From Thermosyntropha sp. (lineage in GTDB: Bacteria > Bacillota > Syntrophomonadia > Syntrophomonadales > Syntrophomonadaceae): 24,000 nt of DNA. Below are positions 23,158 through 24,000 of the stretch, in pieces (positions within the stretch are counted from its first letter, which is position 1; every line of letters begins with the position of its first letter). Made by a program: the position numbers and the translations under genes. Below the pieces are notes generated by a model. The model was not told where the DNA came from. It did no database searches and was given only the letters and a program-made list of their open reading frames with translations. The stretch covers positions 98,678-122,677 of the forward strand of contig NZ_JACDOH010000005.1 in assembly GCF_017656155.1 (NCBI RefSeq), given 5' to 3'.

Positions 23158-24000
23158 TTCATCTTCCTCCTTGCTGCCTGCCACCTTCCTAGTTTCCTTT
23201 AAAGCAGCAGGCCTTTTTGGCTTGACTTTTTCAACTTTAATTTCTTCGCCCACTTCCTCCTGTGGCCTTATCTGCGGTTCATCTTCATCAGTCTTATTCT
23301 GGCGATATTCAAAAAACTTCAAAGCCACCTGTGGGAAAAGGGCATAAGTAAGAACATCTTCTTCACTCTGCGCAATATGCGCTACCTCCTGTTTAGCCTT
23401 CTCCCAAGCAGGATCTAAGAGATCTGCCGGGCGCACATTAATGACCGGTTCATCTCCAATTATCTTTTTTCTTATTTCTTCTTTGACAGGCACCGGTGGT
23501 TTACCGTAAAGACCGCGCACATAGTCTTTAACTTCGCCGGGACACAGTTTATATCTTTCACCTGTCAAAACATTAAGCACTGCCTGTATGCCTATTATCT
23601 GGCTGGTAGGAGTTACTAAAGGAGGATAGCCCATATCCTCTCTTACTCTTGGTATCTCTGCTAAAACCTCATCAATTCTGTCAGCTGCTTTTTGTTCCTC
23701 TAACTGAGAATATAAATTTGATATCATGCCTCCCGGTACCTGATGTTCAAATACCTTCATATCAGATATGCGGGTTACTCCGCGCTCAAAGCCCTTATGT
23801 TTGCGAATCTTTTCAAAATGAGTAGCCACTTCAAAAAGTTCATGCAGATCAAGTCCGGTATCCCACTCTGTATCCTGCAGTGCCCGGACAATAGTCTCTA
23901 CCGGTGGCTGGGAAGAACCGAAGGCTAAAGGAACACTTGCGGTATCTACAACATCAACCCCTGCCTCTACTGCTTTAAGAACAGCCGCAACTGCCAATCC
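22702..24000 (-). CDS. Partial (5' end outside the window) PycB/OadA/5S-type carboxyltransferase fused in frame to a full AccB-type biotin carboxyl carrier protein
   Basis: '[11 protein letters not shown]', '[18 protein letters not shown]' and 'YALFPQVA' are the PYC_OADA carboxyltransferase C-terminal region. A charged linker follows. Next come the AccB-like N-terminus '[23 protein letters not shown]' and the thumb-containing biotinyl domain '[23 protein letters not shown]...[12 protein letters not shown]'. The track's 'M' at 23997 is an internal TTG (Leu). Confidence 0.8.
   Translation of the reverse strand, partial: GLAVAAVLKAVEAGVDVVDTASVPLAFGSSQPPVETIVRALQDTEWDTGLDLHELFEVATHFEKIRKHKGFERGVTRISDMKVFEHQVPGGMISNLYSQLEEQKAADRIDEVLAEIPRVREDMGYPPLVTPTSQIIGIQAVLNVLTGERYKLCPGEVKDYVRGLYGKPPVPVKEEIRKKIIGDEPVINVRPADLLDPAWEKAKQEVAHIAQSEEDVLTYALFPQVALKFFEYRQNKTDEDEPQIRPQEEVGEEIKVEKVKPKRPAALKETRKVAGSKEEDEMNIDEIREIMLLLDQTGIAELELQKDDYRLTLRKFSGAGKETVGTEPIKIPVQDKPDLSKTEPEKEKAKADNLVEVVSPMVGTFYAAPSPDSPPYVNVGDRVEVGQTLCIVEAMKLMNEIKAEVSGVIAEILVDNAEPVEYGQPLFLIEQD

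Noticed and set aside
23995-23997. The 'M' start of the 431-aa ORF at 23997.
   Set aside because: The codon is an internal TTG (Leu) of a carboxyltransferase whose N-terminal half lies beyond the window edge. The gene is truncated by the window and does not start here.
1-24000. A search by eye for CRISPR arrays, tandem repeats, tRNA/rRNA genes, IS elements with terminal inverted repeats, and integrase or phage genes.
   Set aside because: I found no regularly spaced direct repeats, no cloverleaf-like tRNA candidates and no transposase or integrase ORFs. The only mobile-looking element is the Rpn gene with its short flanking motifs.

Overview
This is a low-GC chromosomal window from a spore-forming Firmicute (Clostridia-like). 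It is almost entirely one co-directional minus-strand gene array. In transcription order (high to low coordinates) the array is: a partial PycB/OadA-type carboxyltransferase fused in frame to a complete AccB, then accC, asp23-amaP-DUF2273, nusB, a Kae1/TsaD-like paralog, two tandem folD paralogs, xseA, xseB and ispA. Next come a ~570-nt ORF-free structured RNA, a small 4-TM membrane protein, dxs, tlyA, nadK, a YtqB/MnmM-like methyltransferase, argR and recN. A single plus-strand Rpn (YhgA-like PD-(D/E)xK) nuclease gene is then inserted, followed by spoIVB, spo0A and a steA / mctB-like / GT2 cassette. The stand-out element is the 727-nt non-coding gap between ispA and the membrane-protein gene. 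It is GC-enriched, is closed by a perfect 15-bp long-range helix, and is packed with helices whose imperfect positions are G.U only on the minus strand. Together with the ispA-RNA-membrane protein-dxs synteny, I interpret it as an OLE (ornate, large, extremophilic) RNA with its partner OapA. That is a published but mechanistically unresolved membrane-associated RNP, so it is not strictly undescribed. Secondary leads are: (1) the Rpn gene, with an SD-preceded in-frame internal start of the intragenic-antitoxin type; (2) reciprocal motif decay in the two FolD copies; (3) the carboxyltransferase-AccB fusion, which retains an internal SD+ATG; and (4) a Kae1/TsaD paralog inside the array. I found no tRNA, rRNA or CRISPR array. 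All calls rest on reading the sequence and ORF track and on remembered family motifs; no searches were run.
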